Source: Candidatus Bipolaricaulota bacterium (GTDB taxonomy: Bacteria; Bipolaricaulota; Bipolaricaulia; M55B111). Taken from it: a DNA stretch of 64,000 nucleotides. Location: NCBI GenBank assembly GCA_018400715.1, contig JAGYME010000002.1, positions 21,374-85,373 on the forward strand, written 5' to 3'. Under the pieces are notes generated by a model that saw only the letters and a program-made list of their open reading frames with translations, was not told the DNA's origin and searched no databases. Below, one piece after another: positions 60,895 through 64,000 of this stretch; position 1 is the first letter of the stretch; the number at the start of each line of letters is the position of its first letter. The position numbers were made by a program, and so were the translations under genes.

Positions 60895-62405
60895 AACAGA
60901 TTACCATAGATCCGGTTACGCGTATAGAGGGACACCTGAAGATAGAGACCGACGTTGAGGGGGACGAGGTAAAGGCCGCGAGGAGTAGCGGTACTCTATT
61001 CAGGGGGTTCGAGCAGATACTGGTCGGACGGGACCCGAGAGACGCGCAGAGGATCACGCAGAGGGTATGTGGGGTCTGTCCAACGGCTCACGCTACGGCC
61101 TCTTCGCTGGCACTCGAGGACGCATTTGGGATAAAAGACGAGGTCCCGCCTAACGGTAGGCTGATCAAGAATATCATGCTAGGGGCGAATTTCATTCAGT
61201 CTCACGTTCTTCACTTCTACCACCTGGCGGCGTTGGACTACCTGGACCCGGAACGAGTGACCGAGGTCACCGAATGCGGGCCCCAGGTTGATGCGCTGGC
61301 AAATTTCCTCAGGAACACGGATGGTGCGCCATTTGAACCGCAGTACGAGGGAGATTACCGGCTTGGGCCCGAGATAAGCACCGACCTCTGCCGGGATTAC
61401 CTCGACGGCCTGGATATCAGGAAGAAGGCACACGAACTTCTGGCCCTGTTTGGTGCGAAGATGCCCCACAACATGGGGACCGTTCCCGGAGGATCGACCA
61501 AGAAGCCGGAGGTGGGGACGATCGAGAAGGCCGAGGCTCGGTTGAAGGAAATAAGTTGCTTTATCAACAATAGGTATCTCCCCGGGGCCCTTGCTCTGGT
61601 AGAAGCGTACGACGACTACTTCGAAGTCGGCCAGGGCGTCGACACGTTCCTTGAGTACGGGGGGTTCTACCTGGATAAGGTAGGGGAGGTCCCTCAGGAT
61701 GCTCCGGTCGGTCTTCTTGGCGGAGTCTTCAGCCTTGATGACTACGGAGTCGAGGACGTGGACTTGAGTGAAATTACGGAAGAGGTGACCCACTCCTGGT
61801 ACGCGGAATCTACAGCGGGTCATCCCACGAAGGTAAAGACAAGTCCGGACGCTGATAAGGAAGGAGCCTATTCCTGGGTCAAGGCGCCGCGGTATAGAGG
61901 GCAACCCTGTGAAGTCGGCCCGGCGGCCAGGATAATGATCAACTACAGCCGGGGAAATGAATACATCAAGGGAAGGATGGACGAGATCATGGGAAAACTG
62001 GACATCGGACTGAAGGACTGTGCCTCCGTTGCGGGAAGGCATTTGGCCCGGGCGCTCGAGTGTAAATACATAGCCGATCTCATGAAGGATTGGATAGAGG
62101 AACTGGAGCCCGGTGCACCGTCTGTGGCAAAGTACGATATGCCAGACGAAGGGACCGGAATGGGCGTAACCAGTGCCCCCCGCGGAACGCTGGGACACTG
62201 GATCGAGGTCAAGGACGGAGAGATAGAAAACTATCAGATGGTCGTGCCTACAACCTGGAACGCTTCACCCAGGGACGGAAAAGGTAGGCCCGGTCCAATC
62301 GAGCAGGCTTTGATTGGTACGAGGATTGAGGACGGGGATAATCCGATCGAGGCTGCCAGGATAGTCCGTTCCTTCGATCCATGTATGGCCTGCGCGGTCC
62401 ATTGA
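60891..62405 (+). CDS. [NiFe]-hydrogenase large (catalytic) subunit
   Basis: IDPVTRIEGHL, N-terminal RVCGVCPTAH (RxCGxC) and C-terminal DPCMACAVH Ni-Fe ligand motifs. GTGA overlap with the small-subunit stop. Confidence 0.95.
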   Translation: MKQITIDPVTRIEGHLKIETDVEGDEVKAARSSGTLFRGFEQILVGRDPRDAQRITQRVCGVCPTAHATASSLALEDAFGIKDEVPPNGRLIKNIMLGANFIQSHVLHFYHLAALDYLDPERVTEVTECGPQVDALANFLRNTDGAPFEPQYEGDYRLGPEISTDLCRDYLDGLDIRKKAHELLALFGAKMPHNMGTVPGGSTKKPEVGTIEKAEARLKEISCFINNRYLPGALALVEAYDDYFEVGQGVDTFLEYGGFYLDKVGEVPQDAPVGLLGGVFSLDDYGVEDVDLSEITEEVTHSWYAESTAGHPTKVKTSPDADKEGAYSWVKAPRYRGQPCEVGPAARIMINYSRGNEYIKGRMDEIMGKLDIGLKDCASVAGRHLARALECKYIADLMKDWIEELEPGAPSVAKYDMPDEGTGMGVTSAPRGTLGHWIEVKDGEIENYQMVVPTTWNASPRDGKGRPGPIEQALIGTRIEDGDNPIEAARIVRSFDPCMACAVH

Positions 62406-62429
62406 CCTTTACCGATAGGAGGTATAACA

Positions 62430-63110
62430 ATGATATTATCTGAACCGAAGCCTTGGGAAGAGATAGAGGGTTATCTCGAAGAGGACGACTCCGTTTTTCT
62501 GCTCGGATGTGACGGATGCGACGCTGCCACCGGTGATGGTGGCGCAGAAAGGGTTGGAGAGTTGTCCGAGAAGCTCGAAGAGGGAGGATGGGACGTCACG
62601 GGGACGAAGGTGATCGAGTTCCTCTGCAACAAGGCACTTGCTGGAATGAAGCTCGCTCGAGTTTCCGATCTAGTTGAAGCGAGCGACTCACTGTTGGTCT
62701 CCTGTTGTGGTATCGGTGTGCAGGCAGTAAGTAAACTCGTGGACAAGCAGGTACACCCTGCCAACGATACCGTGTCCATGGGTGACTTCCACGGCACCTG
62801 GCCCTCCGAAGAAACGTGTAAGAGGTGCGGTGAGTGTCTGCTGGACTATACGGGAGGAATATGTCCGCTGACAATGTGTGTTAAGGGCCTGTTAAATGGC
62901 GCATGTGGCGGATCTTACGAAGGAAGGTGTGAGGTAGAGCCCGATCGACCCTGCGGCTGGGAGTTAATCTATGAGAGGCTCAGGGACGTCGGTCGGTTGG
63001 ACCTGCTCGAGGAGTACAACCCTCCGAAGGCAAGGCAAAAATACCAGTTTGGAGTTCCTATGGAGAACAGGAATTCTCTCTACTGGGCACTTGAGGCGGA
63101 GGAGGAATAA
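62430..63110 (+). CDS. metV: MetV, zinc-ribbon/FeS subunit of acetogen-type methylenetetrahydrofolate reductase (MTHFR_C domain)
   Basis: CKRCGECLLDYTGGICPLTMCVKGLLNGACGGSYEGRCEV..DRPCGW cysteine pattern typical of MetV. AGGAGG SD. Confidence 0.85.
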   Translation: MILSEPKPWEEIEGYLEEDDSVFLLGCDGCDAATGDGGAERVGELSEKLEEGGWDVTGTKVIEFLCNKALAGMKLARVSDLVEASDSLLVSCCGIGVQAVSKLVDKQVHPANDTVSMGDFHGTWPSEETCKRCGECLLDYTGGICPLTMCVKGLLNGACGGSYEGRCEVEPDRPCGWELIYERLRDVGRLDLLEEYNPPKARQKYQFGVPMENRNSLYWALEAEEE

Positions 63111-63985
63111 TGAGCACGCTAAAAGATAAACTCGAAGCTGGTGAGTTCGCGATTACGTGTGAGGCAGGGCCACCCAAGGGAGTGGATGTCGAGGAAGAGA
63201 TTAAGGAGGTCGAGGAGATAGCGGATTTAGTCGACGCGTTCAACGTGACCGACCTACAGTCCTCCGCCATGCGGATGAGCTCAGTCGCCATGTGTCGGCT
63301 GCTCGAGGAAAGGGGTCTGGAGACAGTCTACCAGATGACCTGTCGGGATAGAAATCGTCTTGCGCTTCAGTCGTCTCTGCTCGGTGCCTGGGCGCTGGGT
63401 ATGGAGAACGTCCTGGCCCTGACCGGCGACTACACTACGTTAGGAGATCATCCGGACGCGATGCCCGTCTTTGACCTGGACTCTGTCCAGTTGCTCGAGA
63501 CGATAGGGGCGCTGAACGGAGGAGAGGACATGGTCGGAAACGAACTAGAGGGTTCACCTCAATTCTTTCCGGGTGCGGCTGCCAACCCCGGAGCGGACCC
63601 CCTCAAGCCCCAGATCCTCAAGAGCAGGATGAAGGCGGACCACGGAGCGCGATTCTTCCAGACTCAGGCCGTCTACGACCCCGAGGTATTTGCTACATTC
63701 ATGGAAGAACTCAGGGATGCCGGCGTGGAGACTCCCGTGATGGTCGGGATCCTCCCGCTGAAATCAGCAGGAATGGCCAGATTCATGGACGCCAATATCG
63801 CGGGCGTGGTAATACCGGATGTGGTAATAAAGGAACTGTCCGATGCCGACGACGCCGTTCAGAAGAGCATTGAGATCTGCTCCCGTGTGATAAACGAGAC
63901 GGCGGACCTCTGTGAAGGGATTCACCTGATGCCGATGGGATGGGAAGAGTACGTACCGGAGATTCTTGACGGGACGAAGCTATAA
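63110..63985 (+). CDS. metF: Methylenetetrahydrofolate reductase MetF (acetogen type)
   Basis: FAITCEAGPPKG, DAFNVTDLQSSAMRMSS, QMTCRDRNRLALQSSLLGAWALGMENVLALTGD. TAATG overlap with metV. Confidence 0.92.
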   Translation: MSTLKDKLEAGEFAITCEAGPPKGVDVEEEIKEVEEIADLVDAFNVTDLQSSAMRMSSVAMCRLLEERGLETVYQMTCRDRNRLALQSSLLGAWALGMENVLALTGDYTTLGDHPDAMPVFDLDSVQLLETIGALNGGEDMVGNELEGSPQFFPGAAANPGADPLKPQILKSRMKADHGARFFQTQAVYDPEVFATFMEELRDAGVETPVMVGILPLKSAGMARFMDANIAGVVIPDVVIKELSDADDAVQKSIEICSRVINETADLCEGIHLMPMGWEEYVPEILDGTKL

Positions 63986-64000
63986 GTTGGGATTAGGCTA

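Noticed and set aside
61179-62198. A 339-aa ORF on the minus strand.
   Set aside because: It is entirely antisense to the well-conserved [NiFe]-hydrogenase large subunit. The Arg/Pro/Gly/Val-rich, low-complexity translation has no recognisable motifs, which is typical of a shadow ORF opposite a real gene.

Overview
This is a 64-kb bacterial chromosomal window made almost entirely of core housekeeping genes. I found no mobile elements, CRISPR arrays or rRNA genes.

Layout:
- 1-7.3 kb: the 3' part of a UvrD/PcrA-type helicase, a small FmdB-type zinc-ribbon gene, then an unusually long rpoC (1659 aa). A 450-nt non-coding leader precedes rpoC, and rpoB is not adjacent.
- 7.4-25.0 kb: one tightly packed + strand ribosomal superoperon, rpsL-rpsG-fusA-rpsJ-rplCDWB-rpsS-rplV-rpsC-rplP-rpmC-rpsQ-rplNXE-rpsZ-rpsH-rplFR-rpsE-rplO-secY-adk-map-infA-rpmJ-rpsMKD-rpoA-rplQ. 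Many junctions are 1-11 nt overlaps. tuf and rpmD are absent from their usual slots.
- 25-35 kb: ftsX with an FtsE-like gene whose ATPase motifs are all degenerate, prmC, a TolB-like lipoprotein, ispD, secG, two peptide-ABC ATPases, rdgB, fxsA, comEC and prfB (no frameshift).
- 35.1-35.55 kb: an odd C-depleted tract of heptamer repeats.
- 35.6-47 kb: peptide ABC binding protein and permeases, an isolated ftsA, eno, ftsB, dnaE and a YvcK/CofD-like gene.
- 47-52 kb: a PIN-ATPase-KH protein converging on a minus-strand run of tRNA-Ser(GGA), long-form SRP RNA, thpR/ligT, archease and rtcB.
- 52-60 kb: topA, a lamin-tail-domain protein, an RpoD-family sigma factor, a patatin-like lipase, and groES-groEL with a promoter plus CIRCE operator.
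- 60-64 kb: [NiFe]-hydrogenase small and large subunits chained directly to acetogen-type metV-metF.

The most interesting items are:
1. The hydrogenase-MetVF operon.
2. The GGA-rich heptamer-repeat intergenic tract downstream of prfB.
3. The motif-dead FtsE partner of FtsX.
4. The detached, insertion-laden rpoC.

Proteins look markedly acidic by eye. Together with the Wood-Ljungdahl-type MetVF, this suggests an uncultivated anaerobic, possibly halophilic lineage. That is speculation, since no database search was possible. All calls rest on reading the translations and the DNA directly.
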